Positions 41,250 to 51,408 of a stretch of 59,257 nt of DNA are shown piece after piece (the stretch's first letter is position 1; each line of letters starts with the position of its first letter). Source of the stretch: Cyanobacteriota bacterium. GTDB taxonomy: Bacteria; Cyanobacteriota; Cyanobacteriia; PCC-6307; Cyanobiaceae. The stretch spans positions 1 through 59,257 of the forward strand of contig JBKDVK010000029.1 in assembly GCA_046338875.1 (NCBI GenBank), in the 5' to 3' direction. A model generated the notes under the pieces. It ran no database searches and had not been told where the DNA came from. It saw nothing but the letters and a program-made list of their open reading frames with translations. A program made the position numbers and the translations under genes.

Positions 41250-42065
41250 ATGCCGCCGCTGCCTTGCTCCGCCATCTCTGCCAGTGCGCCGCCGCTGCTG
41301 ACCCTTGGTCCCCTGGTGGAGGGGATCCTGCTGCGGCGCTACAAGCGGTTTCTGGCGGATGTGGAGTTGGCCGGAGGTGAGACCGTCACGGCCCATTGCG
41401 CCAATACCGGCCCGATGACGGGGGTGCTGTGCCCAGGGGGCCGGGTACGCCTGCGGCACGATCCCTCCCCGAGCCGCAAATTGGCCTGGACCTGGGAACA
41501 GGCGGAGGTGCCCGGGGCCGATGGCCAGCCGGTTTGGGTGGGGATCAATACGGCCCTGCCCAATCGACTGGTGCGCGCCGCCATTGAGGCGGGCTGCCTG
41601 GAACCCTGGCTGGGGCCCATCGCCGCCATCCGGGCGGAGGTGCCCTACGGCGAAGGCCGCCGCAGCCGCATTGATCTGTTGCTGACCCCAGGGTCAGGTC
41701 CGGCTGGAGCAGCGCCTGCCGACCCCCGACCCATTTATGTAGAGGTCAAGAACACCACCTGGAGCCAGGGCGAGCTGGCCCTGTTCCCTGACACGGTCAC
41801 CGAGCGCGGTCAAAAACATCTGCGTGAACTGATGGCCCTGGTTCCGACAGCCCGGGCCGTGCTGGTGCCCTGCCTCAGCCGGGGCGATGTGACCCGCTTC
41901 GCCCCCGGCGACACGGCCGATCCCCTTTACGGCCAGTTGTTCCGCCAAGCCCTGGCGACCGGGATGGAGGTGCTTCCCTGCCGCTTTGCCTTCAGCGCCG
42001 AGGCGGTCCATTGGCTGGGACTGGCCGAGCTGCTGGAACACCAACCGGCGGCCAGCACCGCCTGA
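41250..42065 (+). CDS. sfsA: Sugar fermentation stimulation protein A
   Basis: RRYKRFLAD, HCANTG.M, SRIDLLL, YVEVKN and FPDTVTERGQKHL. Confidence 0.94.
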   Translation: MPPLPCSAISASAPPLLTLGPLVEGILLRRYKRFLADVELAGGETVTAHCANTGPMTGVLCPGGRVRLRHDPSPSRKLAWTWEQAEVPGADGQPVWVGINTALPNRLVRAAIEAGCLEPWLGPIAAIRAEVPYGEGRRSRIDLLLTPGSGPAGAAPADPRPIYVEVKNTTWSQGELALFPDTVTERGQKHLRELMALVPTARAVLVPCLSRGDVTRFAPGDTADPLYGQLFRQALATGMEVLPCRFAFSAEAVHWLGLAELLEHQPAASTA

Positions 42066-42128
42066 GGGCGTCTGAGGCCAACGGGTTACGCCCCGCACCC
42101 ATAGAGTCCAATCACTTGCCGGTGGTCT

Positions 42129-43379
42129 GTGGATACCCGTGCCTTCAAACGCTCGTTGCACCATTCCGAGCGCTACAACCGCCGCGGCTTCGGTCTGGGT
42201 GAGGAGGTGGCGGGCAACCTGCAGACCGCCTATCAAAGTGATCTGGTGGCCAGCCTGCGGGAAAACGGCTACGAACTGCGGGAAGGAAGGCTGACGGTGC
42301 GGTTGGCCGAGGCCTTCGGCTTTTGCTGGGGGGTGGAACGGGCAGTGGCCATGGCCTACGAAACCAGGCGCCACTACCCCAGTGAACGGATCTGGATCAC
42401 AAATGAGATCATTCACAATCCTTCAGTGAATGACCATCTCCGCGAAATGAACGTGCAGTTCATTTCCGTGGACGAGGGGATCAAGGATTTTTCCGAAGTC
42501 GGCACCGGCGATGTGGTGATCTTGCCGGCCTTCGGCGCCACGGTGCAGGAGATGCAACTCCTCAACGAACTCGGCTGCCACATTGTTGACACCACCTGCC
42601 CCTGGGTCTCGAAAGTCTGGAACAGCGTCGAGAAACATAAGAAACATTCCTTCACCTCGATCATTCATGGCAAGGTGAAGCACGAGGAAACCCTGGCCAC
42701 CAGCTCTTTTGCCGGCACCTATCTGGTGGTGCTCGACCTCAAGGAAGCCCGTCTCGTCTGCGACTACATCCTTGCCAGCGCCGATGGCCAGGGCGATCGC
42801 GAGGCTTTCATGGCCCGCTTCGCCAAAGCCTGCTCGCCAGGTTTCGATCCAGACCGGGACCTGTTGCGACTAGGGGTGGCGAATCAAACGACCATGCTCA
42901 AAAGTGAAACCGAGGAGATCGGCCGGCTGTTTGAGCGAACCATGCTGCAACGCTTCGGCCCCAACCTTCTGGATGAGCATTTTCTCGCCTTCAATACTAT
43001 TTGCGATGCCACCCAAGAGCGCCAGGATGCCATGTTTGCCCTGGTTGATGAACCGCTGGATTTGATGGTGGTGATCGGTGGCTACAACTCTTCCAACACC
43101 ACCCACCTGCAGGAGATTGCCGTCAGTCGCGGCATTCGCTCGTATCACATCGATACCCCCGAACGCATCGGTCCTGGCAATCGCATCGAACACAAACCCC
43201 TGGAAGCCGACCTGCAGGTGGTGACCCCCTTTCTTCCTGATGGGTCGATCCGGGTCGGCATCACCTCCGGCGCCTCCACTCCCGATCGGGTCGTCGAAGA
43301 TGTGATCCGCCGCCTTATCCACCTCTGTGTCCCGGCGGCGGAGCGGGCCACAGTCCCCGGGGCCGATCCTGTCCCATAA
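42129..43379 (+). CDS. ispH: 4-hydroxy-3-methylbut-2-enyl diphosphate reductase
   Basis: [13 protein letters not shown] and TICDAT (three Fe-S Cys), SSNT and GASTPD. Confidence 0.97.
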   Translation: MDTRAFKRSLHHSERYNRRGFGLGEEVAGNLQTAYQSDLVASLRENGYELREGRLTVRLAEAFGFCWGVERAVAMAYETRRHYPSERIWITNEIIHNPSVNDHLREMNVQFISVDEGIKDFSEVGTGDVVILPAFGATVQEMQLLNELGCHIVDTTCPWVSKVWNSVEKHKKHSFTSIIHGKVKHEETLATSSFAGTYLVVLDLKEARLVCDYILASADGQGDREAFMARFAKACSPGFDPDRDLLRLGVANQTTMLKSETEEIGRLFERTMLQRFGPNLLDEHFLAFNTICDATQERQDAMFALVDEPLDLMVVIGGYNSSNTTHLQEIAVSRGIRSYHIDTPERIGPGNRIEHKPLEADLQVVTPFLPDGSIRVGITSGASTPDRVVEDVIRRLIHLCVPAAERATVPGADPVP

Positions 43380-43458
43380 GATTGCCCCCGCTTCGCTCCC
43401 TTGCTTCAACGGGCCAAGCCCCCACAACCCACCCTTTGGGACTTCTCTCCACCCTTGG

Positions 43459-44193
43459 ATGCCCTTTCCCCCGTCCCCTTTGGTTTCGCCCGCCTTGACT
43501 GATCAAGCTGCCGATTCCGGGATTGAGGCGGGCCAATCTGGGGAGCAGTCCACCTTGCGCTTTAGCAGCGATCCTCAGGTGCGCCGTTATGCCAGCCACT
43601 TTGCCGATCTGATGGAAATGCGGGCCCCCGCCGACGTCGTGGGTCGCTATCTCGATCGCCATGAGGATTGGTTTCGGCGTTGCGCAGCTCCCATGGACGT
43701 GGCCTCCCTGGACCGCGACGCCTATCTCCTGACCCTGGGGCGGTTCGGCAATTTCGGCTTTGAAGTCGAACCGACAATCGCTCTGGAATTGCTGCCCCAG
43801 GACAACGGCGTCTACGAGATAGTCACCCTGCCGATTCAAGATCAAAGCCCCAACCTGCAGGGGCTCTACGACGTCGATTTCAATGCCTCGCTACGGCTTG
43901 ACGAAACCGATTTTCAGTCCCTGACCGCCGCCGGGCCCAGGGAGGTTTCCAACGAGGAAGTGGACCGACTGATGGCCCACACCCTGGTGCGCTGGCAACT
44001 GGATCTGGCGGTGTGGATCCGATTGCCCTCGATGCTCAACCTCTTGCCCGAGCGACTGGTGCAGAGCAGTGGCGACCATTTGCTGAAACAAATCGTCCGC
44101 CAAATCTCCCGCAAACTCACCTGGAAAGTTCAGGAGGATTTCCACGCCAACCATGGAATCCCCTGTCCCCCCCGGCGTCGGGCCCGGTTTTGA
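43459..44193 (+). CDS. DUF1997 family protein
   Basis: YLDRH..WFRRCAAPM, LGRFG.FGFEVEP and KVQEDFH. Confidence 0.8.
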   Translation: MPFPPSPLVSPALTDQAADSGIEAGQSGEQSTLRFSSDPQVRRYASHFADLMEMRAPADVVGRYLDRHEDWFRRCAAPMDVASLDRDAYLLTLGRFGNFGFEVEPTIALELLPQDNGVYEIVTLPIQDQSPNLQGLYDVDFNASLRLDETDFQSLTAAGPREVSNEEVDRLMAHTLVRWQLDLAVWIRLPSMLNLLPERLVQSSGDHLLKQIVRQISRKLTWKVQEDFHANHGIPCPPRRRARF

Positions 44194-44250
44194 CCGGCCC
44201 GACTTAACCTGCAGGGGCAAGCCATAGGGGCAAAGCAGCGGCCAACAAAC

Positions 44251-44727
44251 TCAGGCGACTGGATTGGCCAGCACCTTGAGCAAGATTTGGGTGCCGCTGA
44301 GGGCCTGCCAAAGGAAAAGGGTCACCATGCCCATATTGAGACCGATATGGGCCTTGCGTGCCAGCAAATTGCCCTGCTGCATCAATGGGGTCAGGGCGGA
44401 GGCCAGGGCCACCAGCGAAGTCATGGTCAGGCCGACCAGCAGATGGGGACCTACGAAAAGCTTGCCGTTATTCAGATAAGTGACGGCCATCCCGCCGAAG
44501 GTGCCCAGCACCATCAAGGCCAGCAGCAAGCTGCTGGCCAGGTGGTGGCGACGGCCAAACTGCCCCTTGATGAGATCCTTGCGCTCCTCAGCACTGGCGG
44601 TGCGGAGCTTCTTGGTCTTGATGCCCAGGTACATCGAATAGAGCGAGAGCCCCAACAGGGCCCACATCAGTAATGGATGGAAGAAGTTGAGTTTGTAGGC
44701 CAGGGAAGGGGAGATCAGTTCAGTCAT
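44251..44727 (-). CDS. DUF4079 family membrane protein
   Basis: HPLLMW, NNGKLFVGPHLLVGL and ARKAH; several His-bearing TM helices. Confidence 0.8.
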   Translation of the reverse strand: MTELISPSLAYKLNFFHPLLMWALLGLSLYSMYLGIKTKKLRTASAEERKDLIKGQFGRRHHLASSLLLALMVLGTFGGMAVTYLNNGKLFVGPHLLVGLTMTSLVALASALTPLMQQGNLLARKAHIGLNMGMVTLFLWQALSGTQILLKVLANPVA

Positions 44728-44797
44728 CTTGTGGGGTAAGCGTGCGGGGGATGTGAAGCTACAACTGCCGACCCCCAGTCCGCAGATGCCGGGGAAT

Positions 44798-46393
44798 TCA
44801 ATGCAAGAAGTGCCGGCGACCGGTCATGACCATCGCCAGGCCGAGGCTGTCGCAGGCGGCGATCGAATCGGCATCGCGGAGGCTGCCCCCCGGCTGGATG
44901 ATCGCGGTGATGCCATGGGCGGCCGCTAGGCGCACGCTGTCATCGAAGGGAAAGAAGCCGTCACTGGAGAGCACGGCCCCCTGGGCCGAGGCTCCGGCCG
45001 TCTCCAGGGCCCCTCGGGCGGCCCCCACCCGGTTGGTCTGGCCGACACCGATGCCCAGGGTGCATCCGCCGGCAGCCACCACGATGGCGTTGGAGCGACC
45101 GTGGCGCACCACCCGCCAGGCGAAATCCAGATCAGCCAACTCCTGGGCGCTGGGCTGGCGGGCGCTGACTACTTTCCATTGCTGGGGATCACTGGCAAGG
45201 TCGTCGGCTTCCTGCTCCAGCAACCCGCCCAGGACGGAGCGGCGCTGCAGCCGGGGGGCGGCGGCCACCGCCGCCGCAGGCAAGGTCAGGACCCGCAGGT
45301 TGGCCTTGCTGGCCAGTATGTCCAGGGCCCCCGGCAAAAACTGAGGCGCCACAACACATTCGAGAAACAGGCCGGTGAGCAGCGCCGCCGCTGCGGCATC
45401 AACCGGGCCATTGAGGGCGACGATGCCGCCAAAGGCGGAGGTGCGATCGGCATCGAGAGCCCGCTGCAGGGCCTCGGCCACGCCCGTGCCCAAGGCGACG
45501 CCGCAGGGGTTCGTGTGCTTGATGACAACGGCCGCCGGACTGGAGCCAGCGGATCGGTCCGTTGGGCCCTCGCCATAACCAAATTCGCGAACCGTGGCCA
45601 GGGCCGCATCGAGATCGATGAGGTTGTTGTAACTGAGGTCTTTGCCCTGCAGCTGCAGCGCGGCACCCCACCCCGCCTGGGGATCACTGAACCAGGTGGC
45701 GCTTTGGTGGGGATTCTCCCCGTAACGGAGCCGCTGCTGGACCGGCAGTTCGAGCCGCAGCGGGGCGACCGGATCGGCGCCGGAATCGCCAGCACCAGCA
45801 CCAGCACCATCGCCCAGTCGCTGGGCCAACCAGGAGCTGATGGCCCCGTCGTAAGCGGCCGTGTGCTGGAAGGCCGCCAGGGCCAAACGGCGCCGCAGGG
45901 CCGCATCCAGCCGTCCCGCCGCCAGGGCCTCCAGGAAGGTGGGGTACTGGGCAGGGTCCGTGAGCACGGCCACATCGCCATGGTTCTTGGCGGCGGCCCG
46001 CACCATCGCTGGCCCACCGATATCAATCGTCTCGATCGCGGTCTGCCAATCCACCGCTGGGTCAGCAACGGTCTGGCGGAAGGGATAAAGGTTGACCACC
46101 ACCACATCAATGGGGGTGATCGCCTGGGCCTCCAGGTCGGCCCTGTGGCCGGCATCGTCCCGGCGGGCAAGAATGCCGCCATGGATGCGGGGATGGAGGG
46201 TCTTCACCCGACCCCCCAGGATCTCCGGGGCCCCGGTGTAGTCAGCCACCCGGGTCACCGGCAGGCCTGCGGCCGCCAGGGCGGTGGCGGTGCCGCCACT
46301 GGAGAGCAGTTGATAGCCATGGCTGAGCAAGCCACTTGCCAGGGATACCAGGCCCGCTTTGTCGGACACGCTCAGAAGGGCCGTGGGGGCCAT
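44798..46393 (-). CDS. purH: Bifunctional AICAR transformylase/IMP cyclohydrolase
   Basis: ALLSVSDK, GRVKTLHP, IDIGGP, LRYGENPHQ, KHTNPCG and SDGFFPF. Confidence 0.97.
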   Translation of the reverse strand: MAPTALLSVSDKAGLVSLASGLLSHGYQLLSSGGTATALAAAGLPVTRVADYTGAPEILGGRVKTLHPRIHGGILARRDDAGHRADLEAQAITPIDVVVVNLYPFRQTVADPAVDWQTAIETIDIGGPAMVRAAAKNHGDVAVLTDPAQYPTFLEALAAGRLDAALRRRLALAAFQHTAAYDGAISSWLAQRLGDGAGAGAGDSGADPVAPLRLELPVQQRLRYGENPHQSATWFSDPQAGWGAALQLQGKDLSYNNLIDLDAALATVREFGYGEGPTDRSAGSSPAAVVIKHTNPCGVALGTGVAEALQRALDADRTSAFGGIVALNGPVDAAAAALLTGLFLECVVAPQFLPGALDILASKANLRVLTLPAAAVAAAPRLQRRSVLGGLLEQEADDLASDPQQWKVVSARQPSAQELADLDFAWRVVRHGRSNAIVVAAGGCTLGIGVGQTNRVGAARGALETAGASAQGAVLSSDGFFPFDDSVRLAAAHGITAIIQPGGSLRDADSIAACDSLGLAMVMTGRRHFLH

Positions 46394-46445
46394 GGCGGCG
46401 GAGTTCAGAATCGGGGCCAACCTAAGCAGGAGCTGCCGAGAGGCC

Positions 46446-47081
46446 ATGACCAATTTTTTGCCCCGGGATGATGGGCAATCGATCCGGCTGGAACCGGACC
46501 AGCCGCAGCGGCGCCTGGTGCTGCTGCACGGCTGGGGAGCCGATGCCGATGATCTGCTGGATCTGGGCAGCGCCCTGCTGGCGGAAGATGGGCAGGCTGG
46601 GGAAGTAAGCCTGGTGGCCCTGAGAGCGCCGGAACCGCATCCAGGCGGCTTCGGCAGGCAGTGGTACGACCTGCAACAACCGGAATGGCCCGGTCTGGCT
46701 GCCGCCAGGTCGAACCTGCGGCAACGACTGCAGGAACTATCAGAAACTGTGCCACTTGAACGCACGGCGGTGCTGGGATTTTCCCAGGGCGCCGCCATGG
46801 CCGTGGATGTGATCCTGGGTGAAGGACTACCCGTGGCTGCCCTGATCGCCTGCAGCGGCTACCCACACCCAGGCTGGCAGGCTGCCAAGCCCAAGGCCAG
46901 CACCATGCTGACCCACGGCGAACAAGACCCTGTGGTTCCAGTGGCGGCGAGCCAGGCCATCGAGGATCTGGTGCAGCGGGCGGGAGGCCAGGTGCAACTG
47001 ATCAGCTTCGCTGGGGGCCATGGCATTGACCCCCAACTCCTACCGGAGTTACGCGCTTTTCTGGCCCAGAACTGGAGCTAG
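46446..47081 (+). CDS. Phospholipase/carboxylesterase (alpha/beta hydrolase)
   Basis: LHGWG, GFSQG, HGEQDPVVP and GGH triad. Confidence 0.9.
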   Translation: MTNFLPRDDGQSIRLEPDQPQRRLVLLHGWGADADDLLDLGSALLAEDGQAGEVSLVALRAPEPHPGGFGRQWYDLQQPEWPGLAAARSNLRQRLQELSETVPLERTAVLGFSQGAAMAVDVILGEGLPVAALIACSGYPHPGWQAAKPKASTMLTHGEQDPVVPVAASQAIEDLVQRAGGQVQLISFAGGHGIDPQLLPELRAFLAQNWS

Positions 47082-47101
47082 GGACAACGGAGCGTCAGGG
47101 T

Positions 47102-47473
47102 TCAGACGAAGGCGTACTCGTACTCCTCCATCTCCTCCCAATCATCGGCCGCCAGAGCTTCGATGCCTTCAAACAAGACATCCTCGCCGATGCGGTCAAC
47201 GATCAGTCGCAGGGAAGGGAAAAGAAAATGATTTTCTTCGGCGTACTGCGCACTGAAAAGTCCCTTTTCCCCCCAAAAGAAACGGTCTGTGGTGTGCTCG
47301 TTGCGGCGGACGTTGAGGATCGCCGGGGCCATGAGATCGGCTTCGGCGATATACCGACGCGCTGCTGTCACAGGCTTGTGGGAACCGGTCTCGAGATTGA
47401 AAGTAGGAACGTGGGCAAGAACCCGTTGGCCGGCGAGACGACGACGGCTGATCCGCTTGCGCTTCTTGGACAT
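47102..47473 (-). CDS. DUF3155 family protein
   Basis: MSKKRKRISRRRLAGQRVLA, KPVTAARRYI and HTTDRFFWGEKGLFSAQYAEENHFLFPSL. Confidence 0.85.
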   Translation of the reverse strand: MSKKRKRISRRRLAGQRVLAHVPTFNLETGSHKPVTAARRYIAEADLMAPAILNVRRNEHTTDRFFWGEKGLFSAQYAEENHFLFPSLRLIVDRIGEDVLFEGIEALAADDWEEMEEYEYAFV

Positions 47474-47791
47474 GGCAGAACTCCCAGTGGGGAGGCTGAA
47501 GGTGAACAGGGGGGGAAGCAACCAGGGGCGAAGGTCCATCTGGGGACGGTCACCTGGGCTGGCCGATCCAGACGCCCTTGGCGAGGCCTGGATCGAGGCC
47601 AATACATCTGTCGTTCTCAAGCAATCGTGGGCACGATCAGAAGCCCCGCCGACCTGTTGCAGGGCGGCGGAACTGGGAAGGCTTGCTTCTTCCTCTGCTG
47701 TAGCTTCGGCTGCAGGGTGAATGCAACCTCAGACCCAAAGGAAGGTGGCTAGCCACCGATGGCGACACCCAACTCGCTCCAAAACAGCGAA

Positions 47792-47805
47792 GTAGTGGTC
47801 GATAC
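47792..47805. promoter_or_regulatory. Candidate NtcA box GTA-N8-TAC
   Basis: GTAGTGGTCGATAC in the divergent intergenic region between DUF3155 and the kinase gene. Confidence 0.4.
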
Positions 47806-47891
47806 GTCCATGCTACGGCTTTTTTCAGTTTTCGCATCATCCCGCCGAAACTTTTTGGCGATTTGCGCTTTTTCCTTCGGATTGGCCGCCG

Positions 47892-49049
47892 GTGATTCCA
47901 GTGTCTGAAAGGTTTTTACTGTTGCTGCGCTGGCAACTGGGCCAACTGGTGGATTGCCGGGATGTGCGCTCGCTGGTGGTGTACGTCACCCACGAGGGTC
48001 CCCAAGGCCAGCCCACCCTGATGGCCGTGGGCCAATGGCCCAGCGAAGGTCGCGCCCTGCCGGCCCCCGACATGACCGGTGAACTGCGGGTGCCCGCCGA
48101 AGAACGACGCTGGCTGCCCCTGCGGGACGGGGCCTTGTTGTTGGGGGCCATGCAGGTGGAAACCTTGGGCACTGTTTGGTCCGAAAGCCTGCGCCAGCGC
48201 CTCCAGGCCATGGCCCTGACCCTCACCGAGGCCTTGCGGATCGACATCGAGCGGCAGCGACTCGAGGCCCGCCTGCTGGCCCGCGAAGAACATCTGCGGC
48301 TTTTGGTGCATCAGCTGCGCAACCCCCTCTCGGCCCTGCGCACCTTCGGGCACCTGCTGCTGCGCCGTCTGGACCAGGACAGCAAAAACCGGCCCCTGGT
48401 CGAGGGGCTGCTCAACGAAGAACAACAACTCAACCGTTACGTGGAGGCCATCAGCGATCTGGCCCGCCCCGACGCCCTGCTGCCCGCCGCGGCCAACCCC
48501 CAGCCCCTGCTGTTGCCCCCCCTGCTCACCGGACCGGGCGGAGTGGATCTGGCCGGCCCGCTACTCCCCCTGTTGCGGCGAGCGGAAGCCACCGCCAGCC
48601 TGCAGGGCCGCCAGTGGCATGGACCCGCGAACCTGCCCTCTTGGCGCGGTGACAGTGGCTCCGTGGCTGAGATTCTGGCCAATCTGCTCGAAAATGCCTT
48701 TCGCTACAGCCCAGCCGGGTGCCCCCTGGGGCTGCACTGCGGGGTCGGGGCCAGCGGTGGTCCCAGCCTCACCGTCTGGGACGGAGGCGAGGCAATCGAC
48801 GCCGACGAGCGGGAAACCATTTTTGAACGGGGCGAGCGGGGCCGCCGCGGCCTACCGCTGCCAGGCACTGGCATCGGGCTGGCCCTGGCCCGGGACCTGG
48901 CCCGGGGCCTCGGCGGCGAACTCCAACTAGTGATCCCCCCCCAGGCCGTCGACCCAAGCCTGCCCAAGGAGGGCAATGCGTTTCGGCTCAGCCTGCCGCC
49001 CCAAGCCACGGCTCAGCCGATCCAGGGGCTCCAGAGGCTTCCGAGCTGA
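47892..49049 (+). CDS. Orphan sensor histidine kinase
   Basis: H-box LVHQLRNPL, N-box NLLENAFRYS and G-box GTGIGL. No response regulator is adjacent. Confidence 0.9.
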   Translation: MIPVSERFLLLLRWQLGQLVDCRDVRSLVVYVTHEGPQGQPTLMAVGQWPSEGRALPAPDMTGELRVPAEERRWLPLRDGALLLGAMQVETLGTVWSESLRQRLQAMALTLTEALRIDIERQRLEARLLAREEHLRLLVHQLRNPLSALRTFGHLLLRRLDQDSKNRPLVEGLLNEEQQLNRYVEAISDLARPDALLPAAANPQPLLLPPLLTGPGGVDLAGPLLPLLRRAEATASLQGRQWHGPANLPSWRGDSGSVAEILANLLENAFRYSPAGCPLGLHCGVGASGGPSLTVWDGGEAIDADERETIFERGERGRRGLPLPGTGIGLALARDLARGLGGELQLVIPPQAVDPSLPKEGNAFRLSLPPQATAQPIQGLQRLPS

Positions 49050-49870
49050 GCCAGGGCGCCCCCGCCCCAGCCAAGCCAGACCGCCGCAGCCAGGAGCAAC
49101 GCCAGGCTTTCGCTCCATTCCACACAGGCTCCATAGCTGTCGCCGCTGTGGCCCCCCAGGCGCCGGCCCAACCAAAGCGGCACCAGTACGGCTGGCAGCC
49201 CACCCCACAGACCCACGGCCGGCCAGCCTTGGCTGCAGGTCGCTACCAGCAGCAGCACCAGCAGCAGCAGGGCCGGCCGTAGCTCCACGGCCAATCCCGC
49301 CCAGTGGCGGCGATGCAATGCCCCGCCGCCACTGGGCCGCAAGCAGGGAAAGCGGTCGATCGCCACCAGGGGTGCGACCCGACTCCAGAAGGCCGCCCAG
49401 GGCAGCACGACCGGCACGATGGCGCCCAGGCTGGCCAGGGCCGCAGCCTTGAGAAGCAGCACCAGCACAAGGGCCTGGGCGCCGCTGGCGCCAATGCGGC
49501 TATCGCGCATGGCCTCCAGGCAGCGATCGCCTGCGGCCAAGCCATCGGCCGTATCCATCGCCCCATCCATGTGCAGACCGCCACTGAGCAGCAGGCCCAG
49601 GGCCAGCACCAGGGCCACCTGGGTCAGCAACGGCACCCGCCCCTGCAGCAGGGCCCAAAGCGCGGCCTGCAGGAGGCCGAGCACCACGGCCACCCAGGGG
49701 GCGAATCGGGCGATGCGATCAAAACGAGGCGCGATGCGGGTCCAGCCAGGCAGAACTGAATAGAAGATCCAGGCCCCGGCCAGATCCCGCAGCCACCCCG
49801 GCGAGCGGGGCCCTGAACCAGATCCGGACCTGGGCCCGGCAGGGGTTCTATCACGAAGGGGAGGGGCCAA
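49013..49870 (-). CDS. cobS: Adenosylcobinamide-GDP ribazoletransferase (cobalamin synthase)
   Basis: GGLHMDG.MDTADGL, MRDSRIGASG and GGHSGDSYGA. Start uncertain. Confidence 0.9.
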   Translation of the reverse strand: MAPPLRDRTPAGPRSGSGSGPRSPGWLRDLAGAWIFYSVLPGWTRIAPRFDRIARFAPWVAVVLGLLQAALWALLQGRVPLLTQVALVLALGLLLSGGLHMDGAMDTADGLAAGDRCLEAMRDSRIGASGAQALVLVLLLKAAALASLGAIVPVVLPWAAFWSRVAPLVAIDRFPCLRPSGGGALHRRHWAGLAVELRPALLLLVLLLVATCSQGWPAVGLWGGLPAVLVPLWLGRRLGGHSGDSYGACVEWSESLALLLAAAVWLGWGGGALAQLGSLWSPWIG

Positions 49871-49980
49871 GCGGGGGCGGCACCAAGGGGCCCCACCCTG
49901 CCGCAGGAGCCGCAGCTTTGCAGGCGCCGACCTGCCCCTAGCCTCGGCCCCATGGCCGCCGCGGCCCCAGCGCTGCCCCC

Positions 49981-51147
49981 TTGAGCTCCCCGCCCCCACC
50001 CTTCTCCTTCACGGTGTCGGCCCGCTGTGGTCAGACCCGGGCCCGCTGCGGGCATTTCCACACCCCCCATGGCGTCGTCAACACGCCGCGCTTCATGCCG
50101 GTGGGCACCGCGGCCACCGTCAAGGGCATCAGCACGCCCCAATTAGCCGAAACCGGCGCCCAGATGGTGTTGGCCAACACCTTTCATTTGCATCTGCAAC
50201 CGGGCGAAGCGCTGGTGGCGGCAGCGGGAGGGCTGCATCGCTTCATGGGCTGGTCGGGGCCGCTACTCACCGACTCAGGCGGCTTCCAGGTGTTCAGCCT
50301 GGCAGCCATCAATCGCATCGACGATGGGGGGGTGCTGTTTCAATCCCCCCGGGACGGATCCCGGCACACTTTGACCCCGGAATCGTCGATGCGGATTCAG
50401 ATGACCCTGGGGGCCGATGTGGCCATGGCCTTTGACCAGTGCCCGCCCTATCCGGCCAGCGAGAGCGAGGTGGCCGAGGCCTGCCGCCGCACGCACCTTT
50501 GGCTGGAGCGCTGCGTCGCCGAGCATTGCGGCACCGGAGACAGGGGCGCCTGGCACAGCGGCGCCGGTCAGGCCCTGTTCGGCATCGTGCAGGGGGGCTG
50601 CTTCCCCGCCCTGCGCCTCGATTCAGCCGAGCGGGTGGCGGCCCTGGATCTGCCCGGCATCGCCGTGGGCGGGGTCAGCGTCGGCGAACCGGTGGCGGAA
50701 ATGCACCGCATCGTGCGCCTGCTCGGACCGGTGCTGCCGGAGGCCAAGCCCCACTACCTGATGGGCATCGGCAGCCTGCGGGAGATGGCGATTGCCGTGG
50801 CCCAGGGCTTCGATTTGTTTGATTGTGTGCTGCCGACCCGGCTGGGCCGCCACGGCAGTGCCCTGGTGGGCGGCGAACGCTGGAACCTGCGCAACGCCCG
50901 CTTTCGCGAAGACCACAGTCCCCTGGATGGGAGCTGCCCCTGTCTGGCCTGCCGCCAGCACAGCCGCGCCTATCTGCACCATCTGCTGCGCTGTGAGGAG
51001 ATGCTGGGCCGCACGCTGCTGAGCCTGCACAACCTCACCACCCTGTTGCGCTTCAGCGACGCCATGGCCCGGGCCATCGGCGAGGGTTGTTTTGCAGAGG
51101 ATTTCGCTCCCTGGGATCCGGCCTCCCCGGCTGCCCACACGTGGTAG
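49981..51147 (+). CDS. tgt: Queuine tRNA-ribosyltransferase
   Basis: [34 protein letters not shown] and the zinc site CPCLAC..H. Confidence 0.96.
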   Translation: MSSPPPPFSFTVSARCGQTRARCGHFHTPHGVVNTPRFMPVGTAATVKGISTPQLAETGAQMVLANTFHLHLQPGEALVAAAGGLHRFMGWSGPLLTDSGGFQVFSLAAINRIDDGGVLFQSPRDGSRHTLTPESSMRIQMTLGADVAMAFDQCPPYPASESEVAEACRRTHLWLERCVAEHCGTGDRGAWHSGAGQALFGIVQGGCFPALRLDSAERVAALDLPGIAVGGVSVGEPVAEMHRIVRLLGPVLPEAKPHYLMGIGSLREMAIAVAQGFDLFDCVLPTRLGRHGSALVGGERWNLRNARFREDHSPLDGSCPCLACRQHSRAYLHHLLRCEEMLGRTLLSLHNLTTLLRFSDAMARAIGEGCFAEDFAPWDPASPAAHTW

Positions 51148-51189
51148 GTTCCAGCCACTGCGAAAAGGGCCAGATCGGCCCCAGGATCC

Positions 51190-51360
51190 ATGGCTTTCCA
51201 CCTGCTGGCCTCCCTGTCGGCTGCCGCATCACCCCAGCTTCTGGGTCAACTTCCAGAGGCCTATCAAGCTTTCGGACCCCTGGTCGACATCCTGCCGATC
51301 ATTCCGGTGTTTTTTCTGCTGCTTGCCTTCGTTTGGCAAGCCTCCGTCGGCTTTCGCTGA
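51190..51360 (+). CDS. psbK: Photosystem II subunit K (below the ORF-track length cutoff)
   Basis: Manual translation gives [56 protein letters not shown]. Confidence 0.97.
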   Translation: MAFHLLASLSAAASPQLLGQLPEAYQAFGPLVDILPIIPVFFLLLAFVWQASVGFR

Positions 51361-51408
51361 AAGGATCAGTTTTCGCTGAAAGACTCAGCTTTCGCTGAAA
51401 CCCTCAGC
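51352..51408. repeat. 19-bp hairpin-forming tandem repeat x3 between convergent psbK and WecB/TagA genes
   Basis: Units are TTTCGCTGAAAGGATCAGT, TTTCGCTGAAAGACTCAGC and TTTCGCTGAAACCCTCAGC. Unit 1 holds the psbK stop and unit 3 the opposite gene's stop. Confidence 0.9.
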
